The translations under genes were made by a program, and so were the position numbers. Below, piece by piece: positions 18,954 to 29,417 of a stretch of DNA of 64,000 nucleotides. The notes below the pieces were generated by a model. It was not told the origin of the DNA. It made no database searches and saw only the letters and a list, made by a program, of their open reading frames with translations. Position 1 is the stretch's first letter; every line of letters begins with the position of its first letter. Source of the DNA: Alphaproteobacteria bacterium (GTDB lineage Bacteria; Pseudomonadota; Alphaproteobacteria; UBA828); assembly GCA_965237415.1 (NCBI GenBank), contig CBDEFM010000002.1:896001-960000 (forward strand), in the 5' to 3' direction.

Positions 18954-20714
18954 TCAGGCGGCGGCCGCGCGCAGCCTGGCGGTCGCCTCCTCGTCGATTG
19001 CGCGCCCGCCCGCGGCGATGACGACGCCGTAGTCCTCGCGCGCCTGGTCGGCGGAGATGTAGTCCGCGCGCACCTCCGCGAGCACCTCGTCGGCCGGCCG
19101 CTCGAAGGGATCGCCGTAGCCGCCGCCGCCGCCGGTGAACATGCGGATGATGTCGCCCCGCTTCATGATCGTGGTGGGCGCCCTGGCGGCGCGCCGGGCG
19201 TCGTTGCCGACGTGCAGCTCGAAGTAGTTGACCGAGCCTTTGTTGCCGCCCTCGCGCGCCCAGGGTTTCTCGATCGAGCGGCCGTAGCTCGCCGAAAGCA
19301 CCGCGTCGTCGGTCATGATCTCGTACTCGCGGATCGAGCCGTAGCCGCCCCGGTAACGGCCGGCGCCGACGCCGCCCGGCGTGTTGAGCGTGTACTGGTT
19401 GACCCGCACCGGGAACTTCGCCTCCAGCAGCTCGATGGAGTAGTTGAAGGTGTCGCCGTTGGTGATGGGGCTGGTGACGCAGTTGCCGTCACGCTCGTCG
19501 GTGGCGCCCCAGCCGACCATGCTGGGTTCGATCATCACCCAGGGCTCGCCCTTGGCGCGGTCGTGGCCGCCCAGCACGGTCACGCAGAGGCTGTTGGCGC
19601 TGCCCATGCTGACCCGCTTGGGCGCGATGGGGGCGAGCGCCTTCCACGCGAGCTCCGAGGCCTGGCCGGTGCCCTCGTAGTACCAGCCGACCGGCGCGGG
19701 CTTGGTGGCCGTGAACACCGTGCCGTCGGGTGCTACCACCTTCAGCGGCCGGAACCAGCCCTCGTTCGACGGCGACTGGGGATCGACGATCGCCTTGAAG
19801 ACCGTCTTTACCGCCGAGACCAGAGCCGAGCGCGAGCAGTTGACCGGCCCCTGGAGCTGCTCGCAGGAGCCCGTGTAGTCGACGGTGACGGTGTCGCCCT
19901 CGATGGTAACGGCCACCCTGGTCGGGAAGCGCTCCTCGCTGATGCCGTCGCCGTCCACCCAGTCCTCGGCTTCGTAGGTGCCGTCCGGCAGCGCCGCCAC
20001 GGCCTCGCGGCTCACCCGCTCGCTGGTCTCGAGGATATGGCGGAAGGTTTCTGCCACCGCGCGCTTGCCATACTTCTCGCAGAGCTCGAGGCAACGATTC
20101 TCGGCAATGCGGACCGAGGCCAGCGCCGCGTTGAGATCGCCCAGCGCCATCTTCGGCAGGCGCACGTTGGCCGCGATCATCTCGAAGATGGCGTCCTGGC
20201 GCTCGCCTTCCTTGTAGACGTGGATGCCGGGGAAGCAGATCCCTTCCTGGAATATCTCGGTGGCGTCCGCCGGCAGCGAGCCCGGCGACTTGCCGCCGAC
20301 ATCGGTCCAGTGCGAAATCGAGATGGCGAAGGCGAACAGCTCGCCGTCCACGAACACCGGCTTGATGACGCCCACGTCGTTGTAGTGGGTGCCGCCGCGG
20401 TACGGGTCGTTGAGCATGTAGATGTCGCCCGGCCGGATGCGGCCTGCGAACTTCTCCTTGATGATGTTGATCTGGAGCGAGAAGGTTCCGGTGAAGACGG
20501 TGATCCCGTTGGTCTGGGACACCAGCGCGCCGTCCGCGTCGCAGAAGCCGCAGGCGAAGTCGAGCACCTCGTAGATGACCGGGCTCATGCTGCTCCGCGC
20601 GAGCACCACGCCCATCTCGTCGGCCACCGCCAGCAGCTTGCCGCGCACGATCTCGCGGGTCACCACGTCGGTCTCGAAACCACCGCTTTCGCGTCCGTTC
20701 ATGCCGCTTGCCAT
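18954..20714 (-). CDS. Hydantoinase B / oxoprolinase-family subunit
   Basis: NDPYRGGTHYND, HWTDVGG, TGGGGGYGDP. Confidence 0.94.
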   Translation of the reverse strand: MASGMNGRESGGFETDVVTREIVRGKLLAVADEMGVVLARSSMSPVIYEVLDFACGFCDADGALVSQTNGITVFTGTFSLQINIIKEKFAGRIRPGDIYMLNDPYRGGTHYNDVGVIKPVFVDGELFAFAISISHWTDVGGKSPGSLPADATEIFQEGICFPGIHVYKEGERQDAIFEMIAANVRLPKMALGDLNAALASVRIAENRCLELCEKYGKRAVAETFRHILETSERVSREAVAALPDGTYEAEDWVDGDGISEERFPTRVAVTIEGDTVTVDYTGSCEQLQGPVNCSRSALVSAVKTVFKAIVDPQSPSNEGWFRPLKVVAPDGTVFTATKPAPVGWYYEGTGQASELAWKALAPIAPKRVSMGSANSLCVTVLGGHDRAKGEPWVMIEPSMVGWGATDERDGNCVTSPITNGDTFNYSIELLEAKFPVRVNQYTLNTPGGVGAGRYRGGYGSIREYEIMTDDAVLSASYGRSIEKPWAREGGNKGSVNYFELHVGNDARRAARAPTTIMKRGDIIRMFTGGGGGYGDPFERPADEVLAEVRADYISADQAREDYGVVIAAGGRAIDEEATARLRAAAA

Positions 20715-20818
20715 CGCATCGTCCTCCACGGGAGCCTGACGCTCCGCAGTCGCTCCTAGTCTCTCACCGCCACGGAACCGCGGTCAACGCGGGATGCACC
20801 TGCAGGCGGCACTCATGG

Positions 20819-21814
20819 TCAGACCGTGACCACGATTTTGCCGCATTGGGCATTGGATTCCATGTAGCGGTGTGCATCCGCAATCTCCTCCAGCGGGAAC
20901 GCGCGGTCGATCACGGGCGCGAGCGCACCGCTGGCGAGGCCGGCGAAGATGGCGTCCCGCGCCGCCGCGAAGCGTGCTTCGTCGCGCACGAAGTCGAGGA
21001 CCTGATAGCCGACGATGGTAAGCGAATTCGCCAGCATCGGCATGAGCGGATAGGCGGTCTCTCCAGGATGCAGGGCGCCATATTCGTAGATGGTGCCATA
21101 CGGCGCTGCGGCGCCGCAGAGCGTCGTCAGCAGCGGACCTGCAATCGGATCGAAAACCACACGCGCGCCGGCATCGCCGGTGATCTCCATAACCCGCGCC
21201 GGCAGGTCCTCTTCGTCCGTCGCCACCACGTGATCGGCGCCGAAGCCGAGGAGTGCATCCTTCTTGGCTGCGGTCCGGGTGGTCGCGATCACGGTGGTGC
21301 CGCGTTCCTTGGCGATCTGGATTGCGGCGAGGCCGACGCTGCTACTCGCGGCGGTGATGATCACGGCGTCGTCGGGCCCTAGATCGCCATAGTGGACCAG
21401 CGCACCGTAGGCCGTGAGGTAGGCCATCCAGAGCGCAGCACCTTGGGCAGGCGTAAGCTCGGCCGGGTAAGGCGCCGCGATCTCGGCCGGCACCGTGGCG
21501 CTCTCGCCGTAGACGCCCTGCCGGGTCTGGGAGAGGGCGAAGGACGGGACCGTGGCGATGCGTTCGCCCTCATTGACGTTCGTCACCCCTTCGCCGACGG
21601 CTTCTACGACGCCGGCGGCTTCGTAGCCGATGCGGGAGGGAAAGACCGGCCGTTCGTGATAGATGCCCTCGCGCAGCATGACCTCCGCCCGGTTGAGGCC
21701 GATCGCCTCGACCCTGATCCGGACCTCACCGGGCCCCGGATCCACCTCCGGCACCTCGTCGAGGCGCAGCACCTCGGGCCCGCCAGTCTCGTGGAATCGT
21801 ACGATTCGAGCCAT
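20819..21814 (-). CDS. MDR-family NAD(P)H:quinone oxidoreductase-like protein
   Basis: GPEVL, AIGLNRAE, GYEAAG, TAASSSVGLAA, AHRYMESN..GKIVV. Confidence 0.9.
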   Translation of the reverse strand: MARIVRFHETGGPEVLRLDEVPEVDPGPGEVRIRVEAIGLNRAEVMLREGIYHERPVFPSRIGYEAAGVVEAVGEGVTNVNEGERIATVPSFALSQTRQGVYGESATVPAEIAAPYPAELTPAQGAALWMAYLTAYGALVHYGDLGPDDAVIITAASSSVGLAAIQIAKERGTTVIATTRTAAKKDALLGFGADHVVATDEEDLPARVMEITGDAGARVVFDPIAGPLLTTLCGAAAPYGTIYEYGALHPGETAYPLMPMLANSLTIVGYQVLDFVRDEARFAAARDAIFAGLASGALAPVIDRAFPLEEIADAHRYMESNAQCGKIVVTV

Positions 21815-22114
21815 GGTCCGCTCCCCGCCCATTCGGCCCGCAACAGTGCCGGGCACCCATTGATCCGGACGAAAACTAGCACAATCACACCGTGGCAGTT
21901 CAGGTGTGCCGACCGTTTCGGGCGACGAGTGTTTTGTGAAATTTTTGCCAGCCCGCACCATGGTCCTGTGCACAGCCCGTGCCGCCCATCTGGACCCTGC
22001 GCTTCCGCGTGTCCATACTGTCTGCGTGACGCCGCGAGACCGACAGGGCCAGGTCGAAGCGGCGAGATGATTTGCGCGGGGAACGGTTCCCATTTGGGAG
22101 GAGGAGCGCCCACC

Positions 22115-23251
22115 ATGCCGCCTATTCCGTCCGCCCTGGAGATCACGCGGGACATCGTCCGCATGGACACCCGCAACCCGCCCGGCCGTGAGGTGGATTG
22201 CGCCCATTATCTGGGCGACCTGCTCAGCGCGGCGGGGATCGAGGTCTCCTATCACGAGTTCGCGCCGGAGCGGACGAGCCTGGTCGCGGTGCTGCGCGGC
22301 GAGGGCGGAAACGGGAAGAAGCCGCTCTGCTTCGGCGGGCATATCGACGTCGTTCCCCTCGGCGTCAAGGAATGGTCGGTCGATCCCTTCGGCGCCGAGA
22401 TCGTGGACGGCAAGCTCTTTGGCCGCGGCACCACCGACATGAAGGCCGGCATCTCCTCATTCGTCCACGTCGCGCTCAAACTCGCGGCTGAGGAGAAACG
22501 CGGCGCGGCGGACATGGTGATGGCGATTTGCGCCGGCGAGGAGACCGGCTGCGAAGGCTCATATCACCTGGCCGAGATCGGCGCGCTCGACGAGGCCGGC
22601 GCCATCGTCATCGCCGAGCCGACCTCGAATTATCCGATCCTCGGCCACAAGGGCGCTCTCTGGCTGAAGGTGGAGACCGAAGGCATCACCGCCCACGGCT
22701 CGATGCCCGAGCACGGCGACAACGCGCTCTACAAGGCGGCGCGCTCGGTGACCAAGCTCGAGGAGTTCGATTTCAACGTGATGCCTCACAAGCTGCTTGG
22801 GAGGTCGACCCTCAATGTCGGCACCATGCGGGGCGGGCTCAATCTCAACTCGGTGCCGGACCACGCCGAGTTCACCATCGACATCAGGACGCTGCCCGAA
22901 CAGGACCACGCGAAGATCCTCTCGGGCCTGGAAGGGTATCTCGGCGACGAGAACAAGATCGCCCGCGTGGTCGATTGCGGCGGTGTGCACACCCCGCACA
23001 CCCATCCGTGGATTCAGGAGATTTACGCGGTGATGGAGCCGATCCTCGGCGAGAAGATCGAGCCGCGCGGCGCGCCCTACTTCACCGACGCCTCGGCGCT
23101 GATGCCGGCCTACGGGCGTCCGCCGACGATAATCCTCGGGCCCGGCGAGATGCACATGGCCCATCAGACCGACGAGTACTGCCCCGTGGCGCATGTCGAG
23201 CAGGCAGCCGAGGTCTATGAGATTCTAGCCCGCCGCTGGTGCGGCTACTGA
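22115..23251 (+). CDS. M20 metallo-amidohydrolase (ArgE/DapE family)
   Basis: GHIDVVP, GRGTTDMKAG, GEETG, AHGSMP, AHQTDEY. Confidence 0.92.
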   Translation: MPPIPSALEITRDIVRMDTRNPPGREVDCAHYLGDLLSAAGIEVSYHEFAPERTSLVAVLRGEGGNGKKPLCFGGHIDVVPLGVKEWSVDPFGAEIVDGKLFGRGTTDMKAGISSFVHVALKLAAEEKRGAADMVMAICAGEETGCEGSYHLAEIGALDEAGAIVIAEPTSNYPILGHKGALWLKVETEGITAHGSMPEHGDNALYKAARSVTKLEEFDFNVMPHKLLGRSTLNVGTMRGGLNLNSVPDHAEFTIDIRTLPEQDHAKILSGLEGYLGDENKIARVVDCGGVHTPHTHPWIQEIYAVMEPILGEKIEPRGAPYFTDASALMPAYGRPPTIILGPGEMHMAHQTDEYCPVAHVEQAAEVYEILARRWCGY

Positions 23252-23388
23252 TGGGGTGCGGCCCGGCCGGTAGCGCCGGTCGGGCCAACTGTGGACTCGC
23301 AGGTGGGCACGGTTGTACGCTTTTGGTGGCGGGGTCCGTGGGCAGGACGTGGCACGCGCGGCTCCGGCATTGATCGGGAGGCGGCACC

Positions 23389-24147
23389 ATGAAGATCATG
23401 ATCATCAACCCCAACTCGTCCCAGGATATGACGGATGCCGACGCGGTGGCTGGGCGCTCGGTTGCGCGGGCGGGAACCGAGGTCGTGGCGGTGACGCCGG
23501 ACTACGCGCCGGCCTCGATCGAATCTTTCTACGACGAATATCTGTGCGTGCCGGGAATCCTCAACGAGATCCGCAAGGGCGACAGCCAAGGCTTCGATGC
23601 CTACATCATCGCCTGCTACGGCGACCCCGGCCTGCACGCCGCGCGCGAGATGACCGACAAGCCCGTGATCGGGATCGCGGAAGCGTCGCTCTACATGGCG
23701 TGCCAGCTCGCGGCGCGCGTGGCGATCGTCACGATCATCCCGCGCTTCCGCGTGCCGGTGGAGGACATGGTCGCGGCCTACGGGCTCAGCAACAGGGTGA
23801 TCGTGCGCACCTCGCCGGTCTACGTGCTCGACGTGGAGCGAGACTACGAAGGCTCTCTGGAGAAGCTGCGCCAGGAATGCTACCGCGCTCGCGACGAAGA
23901 CGACGCCGAGGCGATTTGCCTGGGCTGTGCCGGCTTCGCGGAGTTCGCAGACGAGCTCGAAGCCGAGCTCGGCATCCCGGTGCTCGACGGGGTGGTGTGC
24001 GCCACCAAGACGGCCGAAAGCATCGTCGAGATCGGCCGCAAGACGAGCAAGTGGAAGACCTATCGGTTCCCGGAGCCGAAACCCTTTACCGGGATGCTGC
24101 AGCGGTTCGGCACCGAGGCGCCGGCTGACAGGGCCGCCGCCGAGTAA
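23389..24147 (+). CDS. Hydantoin/allantoin racemase (Asp/Glu racemase family)
   Basis: INPNSS, IACYGDPG, CLGCAG, PVLDGV. Confidence 0.92.
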   Translation: MKIMIINPNSSQDMTDADAVAGRSVARAGTEVVAVTPDYAPASIESFYDEYLCVPGILNEIRKGDSQGFDAYIIACYGDPGLHAAREMTDKPVIGIAEASLYMACQLAARVAIVTIIPRFRVPVEDMVAAYGLSNRVIVRTSPVYVLDVERDYEGSLEKLRQECYRARDEDDAEAICLGCAGFAEFADELEAELGIPVLDGVVCATKTAESIVEIGRKTSKWKTYRFPEPKPFTGMLQRFGTEAPADRAAAE

Positions 24148-24199
24148 CAACCGGCCGCCCGGCGCGAACCGGGCGGTGCAACGCATCAGGGAGGCAGAG

Positions 24200-25504
24200 A
24201 TGGACGACGGACATCTTGGTAAAAGACACGACAAGTTCTGCGACGAGGTCGAGACGCGCTCGCGCACGGCGGCGGGCCTCGACCGGCGCGAGTTCATGGC
24301 GGCGGCGGGTGCCACGGCCGTGGTCGCGGCGGCGGGCTTGGCAGCGACCGAGGCCGAGGCCGCGTTCTCAGACCGGGTCGCCGGCATCACCCAGGACGAG
24401 CCGATGCAGCTCATCGGCACCGGGGTCTCCGCGCAGGAGCGCTTCTTCAAGAAGTTCGAGGAGATGAGCGGCGGGCTCCAGGTGACCGGCCAGGTCGCGA
24501 GCCTCGCCGATTCGGTCCAGAAGTGGATCACCGGCGGTTACGAGACGTTCTCGATGATCGAGACCAACGCCTTCCGCACGCCGGCGCTACGGGACGCGGA
24601 GACGATCGCGCCGATCCCGCTGGAGAAGATCACTAACTGGGAGTTCGCCGACACGCTCTTCTCCGATCCCGCCCATGTCGGCGCCGACCACACCAGCGGC
24701 TGGCCGGTCGATGTGGTCTATTGGGACGACAGCCGCACCTCGTTCGGGATGCTGCCGCAGATTTACAACATGGATGCGCTCGGCATCCTCCCCCACAAGT
24801 TCGCCGACACCCAAGCGGACCGCAACACGCCGGATACCCTCGGCGTGCTCTACGAGGGCCAGTGGCGCGACGTGGACGTGCGGGGCAAGGTCTCGATCCA
24901 GAACGAGGACCTGATTGGCCCGCCGCGCTGCGCGAGCTATCTGGTGAAGAACCGCAAGATGGACCCGGTCAAGGTCGGCTTTGGCGATCTCGAGCCCGAC
25001 GAGCTCAAGAACGTCATCGACTTCCTGATCGGCGCCAAGCAGGACGGCGTCTTCCGCGCGCTCTGGACCAACTACGGCGAGGCCGTGAACCTGCTCGCCT
25101 CCGAGGAGGTCTGGGGCATCGACTGCTGGAACCCGGTCGTCGAGGACGTGAGGAAACAAGGCGTCCCCTGCTGGTACGTGGACGTGTGGGAGGGCACCGG
25201 CGCCTGGTACTACGGCATGTGTCTCTCCAGCGAGGCGCCGCAGCCCGAGGTCGCTATGGCCTACATGGACTGGTGCCTCGAAGGCTGGCGCGGCGCGGCC
25301 GACGCCGAGCAGGGCTACTACTCGCCCACTCCCGACACCGCGCGCAACTACATGAGCGAGGACTCGTGGCTGAAGTGGTACGAGGGCCGCGGGCGCGACA
25401 CCGGACCCAAGCTCCGGCGCCAGTCGAACATCGCCTACTGGATGATCTGGCCGAGCCAGATCACCCTCTTCATCAAGGAGTGGAACCGCTTCCTCGCCGC
25501 CTGA
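24200..25504 (+). CDS. Second PotD-like Tat-exported substrate-binding protein
   Basis: LDRREFM; extensive similarity to 13821-15179 (e.g. NYGEAVNLLASEEVWG, IKEWNRF). Confidence 0.87.
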   Translation: MDDGHLGKRHDKFCDEVETRSRTAAGLDRREFMAAAGATAVVAAAGLAATEAEAAFSDRVAGITQDEPMQLIGTGVSAQERFFKKFEEMSGGLQVTGQVASLADSVQKWITGGYETFSMIETNAFRTPALRDAETIAPIPLEKITNWEFADTLFSDPAHVGADHTSGWPVDVVYWDDSRTSFGMLPQIYNMDALGILPHKFADTQADRNTPDTLGVLYEGQWRDVDVRGKVSIQNEDLIGPPRCASYLVKNRKMDPVKVGFGDLEPDELKNVIDFLIGAKQDGVFRALWTNYGEAVNLLASEEVWGIDCWNPVVEDVRKQGVPCWYVDVWEGTGAWYYGMCLSSEAPQPEVAMAYMDWCLEGWRGAADAEQGYYSPTPDTARNYMSEDSWLKWYEGRGRDTGPKLRRQSNIAYWMIWPSQITLFIKEWNRFLAA

Positions 25505-25675
25505 GCGACATTCCTCATCGTCCCGCCGGCACAGCATCGTGTGGGAACGGCGGTGAGAAATTAGTCCACGGTAGCGGCGGGATTGTCTCGCTGCGGGCAG
25601 AGCAAAACTCTGCCACTTGAGCCCTTCCCGGCGACGGGGAGGGCGGGGGCATGTATACCGTGGAACTTTATCGGA

Positions 25676-26705
25676 GGCTCAATTCGCAAACCGTAGGCAC
25701 CGGCGGTAGAATGGTTCCCGATTCGCGTGGGAGGTCAGGCAGATGGATCACGAGCGGTTTCGGGACTGGTTCTCGCATGTTGATGAGTTGACGGCGGCGC
25801 AGCGCAAGGAGGTCGCGACGGTGCTGTCGGACCCGCCGGAGGGCGCGGCCTCGCTGGCGGCGATCGAGTTGGGCGTGGATGACGAGCGGCGCTGTCCACA
25901 TTGCGGCAGCGCCGGGGCGGTGTCGCGGGGCAAGGCGCGCGGTCTGCGCCGCTATCGGTGCAAGACCTGCGGTAAGACATTCGGCGCGCTCACGGGCACG
26001 GCGCTGTCGGGGCTGCACCACAAGGAGCGCTGGCTGGCCTTCGGCGCCTCGCTTGGCGAAGGCGAGACGATCCGAGAGGCAGCCGAGCGCTGCGGGATTG
26101 CGCCGAGCACGGCGTTTCGCTGGCGCCACCGCTTCCTGGCGGCGGTGCGCCAGGCGCCGGACCGGCTTGCCGGGATCGTCGAGGCGGACGAGACCTTCGT
26201 TCTCGAGAGCCGGAAGGGGGAGCGGAAGCTGGACCGCAAGCCGCGCCGGCGCGGCGGCAAGGCCCGCAAACGCGGTCTCTCGCGCGAGCAGGTGCCGGTT
26301 CTGGTCGCCGCCGACCGTGCCGGCGCGACCCTCAGCCAAACCCTGCCCGCTCTCAACGCAAAGAGCGTGAAGGAGGCGCTGGAGCCGGTCGTCGCCCGCG
26401 ATGCCTTGCTCGTCTCCGACGCCAACCGCTGCTATCCGCCCGTCGCAGCGGCGCTCGACATCCCGCACGAGAGCATCAACGGCGCCGCCGGCGAGCGGGT
26501 TCGCGGCGCCCTGCACATCCAGACGGTCAACAGCCGCCACAGCCAGATCAAGGGCTTCCTGCGGGGCTTCCGCGGCATCGCCACCGAGTACCTCGACAGC
26601 TATCTCAGGTGGTTCCATCTCATCGAACTCGGCGACCAGCCATCGCCCAGAGCGTGTCTCAAGGCGGCAATGGCCAGACCATGCCTACGCTTCGCTAATT
26701 GAGCC
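25676..26705 (+). mobile_element. IS1595-family element
   Basis: IRs GGCTCAATTCGCAAACCGTAGGCA / TGCCTACGCTTCGCTAATTGAGCC; 8-bp TSD TTATCGGA. Confidence 0.95.
25743..26702 (+). CDS. IS1595-family transposase
   Basis: Zn ribbon CPHC..CKTC, VEADET, HIQTVN, YLDSYLRWF. Confidence 0.95.
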   Translation: MDHERFRDWFSHVDELTAAQRKEVATVLSDPPEGAASLAAIELGVDDERRCPHCGSAGAVSRGKARGLRRYRCKTCGKTFGALTGTALSGLHHKERWLAFGASLGEGETIREAAERCGIAPSTAFRWRHRFLAAVRQAPDRLAGIVEADETFVLESRKGERKLDRKPRRRGGKARKRGLSREQVPVLVAADRAGATLSQTLPALNAKSVKEALEPVVARDALLVSDANRCYPPVAAALDIPHESINGAAGERVRGALHIQTVNSRHSQIKGFLRGFRGIATEYLDSYLRWFHLIELGDQPSPRACLKAAMARPCLRFAN

Positions 26706-27202
26706 TTATCGGAAGGTCCGTCTCGCCTGCCGGGACGGGATGAGCAAGCGTGCGGCGGCGCGTCATTTCGGGATTTCGCGCGAGAGCGTGAAGAAGATGC
26801 TGTGCTTTTCGGTGGCCGCGAGCTGGTTCCCAATGCTGTTCAGCTCGGCATTGTTGCGTTGTACCGCCGCGGCCGCCTTCGCCGCCGCTTCCTCGATCCT
26901 TCTGATATCGGCTACCACCGCGTCGCCCCCTGACGCGTCCGCTGTCCGCGCAGCCTCGGCGACACGGGCCACGAGGTTGTCGCCCCAGGCCTCGAGCGCC
27001 TCCAGCGTCACAGGCGCCGGCCGTTCGGCGGACACCGCTTCCCTCAGTTCGGCAAATTGCTCGCGGAGGTCCTGCACCCCGGTCCGCAATTCCTCGATCG
27101 CGGCCGGATCGTAACCGGGCTCCGGCCGCTCGTCCGGCAGGCTCGCCAGGAGGTCCGGCTGGGCTGTCCGTCTACTCTTGCCGTCGCGCTCCGCAGTCAC
27201 GC

Positions 27203-27503
27203 TGTTGTTAAGCGTGGAAAATTGACCCCCTGTTGGGGGTGATCGGCGTCCAAATTTGACCCCCCATGGTTTGTGTCCATGAACACACCTCGTCGTTTGG
27301 ACGGACGGGGTGGGGGGGAGATGCTGGTTGTGGAAACGATCGCGAAGATCCGTCTGGATCATCTGGTGAGGGGCGTTCCGATCAAGAAGATCGCCCGGGA
27401 TTTGAGGGTTTCGAAGAACACGGTGCGCAAGGTGGTGCGGGGCGATGAGACCTCGTTCAGCTACGAGCGCAAGATCCAGCCGATGCCGAAGCTGGGGCCG
27501 TGG
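27203..27503 (+). pseudogene. Second IS21-family left end plus truncated istA
   Basis: TGTT.. end with two AAATTGACCCC-type repeats; MLVVETIAKIR..IKKIARDLRVSKNTVRKV. Confidence 0.82.
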
Positions 27504-27855
27504 GTGACCTCATGGCCCAGCTCGCGCAGCCGCCGCGCCCAGTGCTGCGAGCCACCGCACGCCTCCATCGCGACCAGGCATGGCGCAAGGTTGGCGAAGT
27601 GCTCCAGGAACTTCGCCCGCGTCAGCCGCAAGTCCACGATCTCGCCCGTCTCCATGTCGACCCAGTGCAACTGGAACACCCGCTTCGCCGTATCCACGCC
27701 GACGACCGTTCTGTTAGTCTTCATCTCGGACCCTCCGGTTTGCCTGTGAAGAGCTCGCTCTTCACCACTTGGCACTTTGATGCCGTCGGCCCGCGAGGGT
27801 CCACCTCAACCCTCCCGTCGGCCAACATCAGGGGTGGGAGGCGTCCATTCCATTT
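27500..27855 (-). pseudogene. IS110-family (IS1111-type) left end plus truncated transposase
   Basis: VGVDTAKRVFQLH..VAMEACGGSQHWAR (start of DEDD domain); sub-terminal ATGGACGCCTCCCA motif. Confidence 0.85.
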
Positions 27856-27914
27856 CCTCCGTCAGACGGTGGAATACACCTTAGCGACCTGTCCGATTTT
27901 CCGGAGCCACCGCG

Positions 27915-29099
27915 ATGAGCCGGACGACGTTGCTACAGGAACGCAGGATGCAGACGTTTCAGAATGTGCTGGGGCACTGGCAGGCACGACGCCTGTCTGC
28001 GCTGGAGGCGGCGGAGATGCTGGGGATGAACGAGCGGAGCTTCCGCCGCTACCGGCGCCGCTACGAGGACGATGGCCTGGACGGATTGTTCGACCGAAGG
28101 CTCGACAAGGCGTCCGCGCGCCGCGTGCCGGCCGACCGGATCGAATGGGTGCTCGAGCAGTACCGAACCCGCCATACGGGCTGGACGGTCAAGCACTTCC
28201 ACGACCATCTCTGCGCCCACCATGGCTTCGCCTGGAGCTACACCTGGACCAAGACCACCTTGCAGCGCGCAGGCTTGGTGTCCAAGGCACCCAGGCGCGG
28301 CGCCCACCGTCGCCGGCGCCCGCGCAAGCCCTGCGTCGGCATGATGGTCCACCAGGACGGCTCACGCCATGAGTGGCTGGCCGGCCAGGCGGCGTGCGAC
28401 CTGATCGTCACCATGGACGACGCCACCAGCGAGATCTATTCGGCCTTCCTGGTCGAGGAGGAAGGCACCGCGTCCACCTTCCGGGCGCTGAAGCAGGTGT
28501 TCTGCGACAAGGGGATGCCCAGCAGCCTCTACACCGACCGTGGCAGCCACTACTTCCACACCCCCGAGGCAGGCGGCAAGGTCGCCAAGGATCGACACAC
28601 CCAGGTCGGCCGCGCCCTCCATCAGCTCGGCATCGAGCACATCGCTGCCTATTCGCCCGAGGCCCGCGGCCGCTCCGAGCGCGCCTTCGGCACCCTCCAG
28701 GACCGCCTCGTCAAGGAACTGGCGCTGGCGGGGATCGCGACGGTCGAAGCCGCCGACCGCTTCATCGCAGACACCTACCTGCCCGACCACAATCGCCGCT
28801 TCGCCACCCCGCCCGAGCTCGACGACAGCGCCTTCGTGCCCCTCGAACACCCCGGCCAGATCGACGACATCCTCTGTCGCCGCACAGACCGCACGGTCGC
28901 CCGCGACAACACCGTGCGCTACGAAAGGCGCGTCCTCCAGATCCCCGCTACCCCGGCCAGACACCACTACGTCAAGGCCACGGTCCGGGTCCATGAGTAT
29001 CCGGACGGAACCCTCGCCCTCTTCCACGGGCCCCGATGCCTCGCCCGCTACACCGCCAACGGCGAGCCCATCGAAACCCCAACCCGGCAGGCCGCGTGA
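27915..29099 (+). CDS. ISNCY/IS1202-family transposase, copy 2 (left end lost; right end to 29436 interrupted by 184-bp MITE)
   Basis: Near-identical to 1012-2196. Confidence 0.93.
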   Translation: MSRTTLLQERRMQTFQNVLGHWQARRLSALEAAEMLGMNERSFRRYRRRYEDDGLDGLFDRRLDKASARRVPADRIEWVLEQYRTRHTGWTVKHFHDHLCAHHGFAWSYTWTKTTLQRAGLVSKAPRRGAHRRRRPRKPCVGMMVHQDGSRHEWLAGQAACDLIVTMDDATSEIYSAFLVEEEGTASTFRALKQVFCDKGMPSSLYTDRGSHYFHTPEAGGKVAKDRHTQVGRALHQLGIEHIAAYSPEARGRSERAFGTLQDRLVKELALAGIATVEAADRFIADTYLPDHNRRFATPPELDDSAFVPLEHPGQIDDILCRRTDRTVARDNTVRYERRVLQIPATPARHHYVKATVRVHEYPDGTLALFHGPRCLARYTANGEPIETPTRQAA

Positions 29100-29233
29100 G
29101 ACGCTTCGACGCGACCGGCCGGCGCCCTGTGGACAAGTGGACAGCCGCTCCGCGCCTGACCACTTCCCCACAGGGCAAACCGCAACAACAGAAGCGGACA
29201 AATGATGTGCTACCAAAACCGGACAAATACACT

Positions 29234-29417
29234 CCTGCTTATCCATGAAGCTCAGCAAGGCTGCCGAGACGCAACGTATGAGCCATCGCGGTTTCCAGTC
29301 GCTGTGCCATATCCGAGTCCGCACCGTGCAACTCCCGCCTACGTCGTTGTGACCTCGTCGGACTTAAACACGAGCAGGAACAAGGCATCGGTGAGCGGAC
29401 TTTCATGGATAAGCAGG
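29234..29417. mobile_element. 184-bp MITE copy 2
   Basis: Same TIRs as copy 1; 8-bp TSD AATACACT; one visible substitution versus copy 1. Confidence 0.94.

Larger units (their letters stand above)
25540..26813 (+). pseudogene. IS21-family left end plus truncated istA, interrupted by IS1595
   Basis: TGT-start end with repeated motifs; MYTVELY|RKVRLACRDGMSKRAAARHFGISRESVKKML is continuous after removing IS1595. Confidence 0.8.

Noticed and set aside
21392-22114. Long N-terminal extensions of the M20, MDR, second SBP and DppB ORFs
   Set aside because: Artefacts of upstream alternative starts; family homology begins at the downstream ATGs, most with a clear RBS.
26763-27362. 199-aa ORF as a real gene
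   Set aside because: Chimeric: both ends read through IS21 sequence, and only the middle may be a gene fragment.
27500-27855. Functional IS110 bridge/seek-RNA system
   Set aside because: Only ~75 N-terminal codons and the left end remain; the downstream non-coding region expected in IS1111-type elements is missing.
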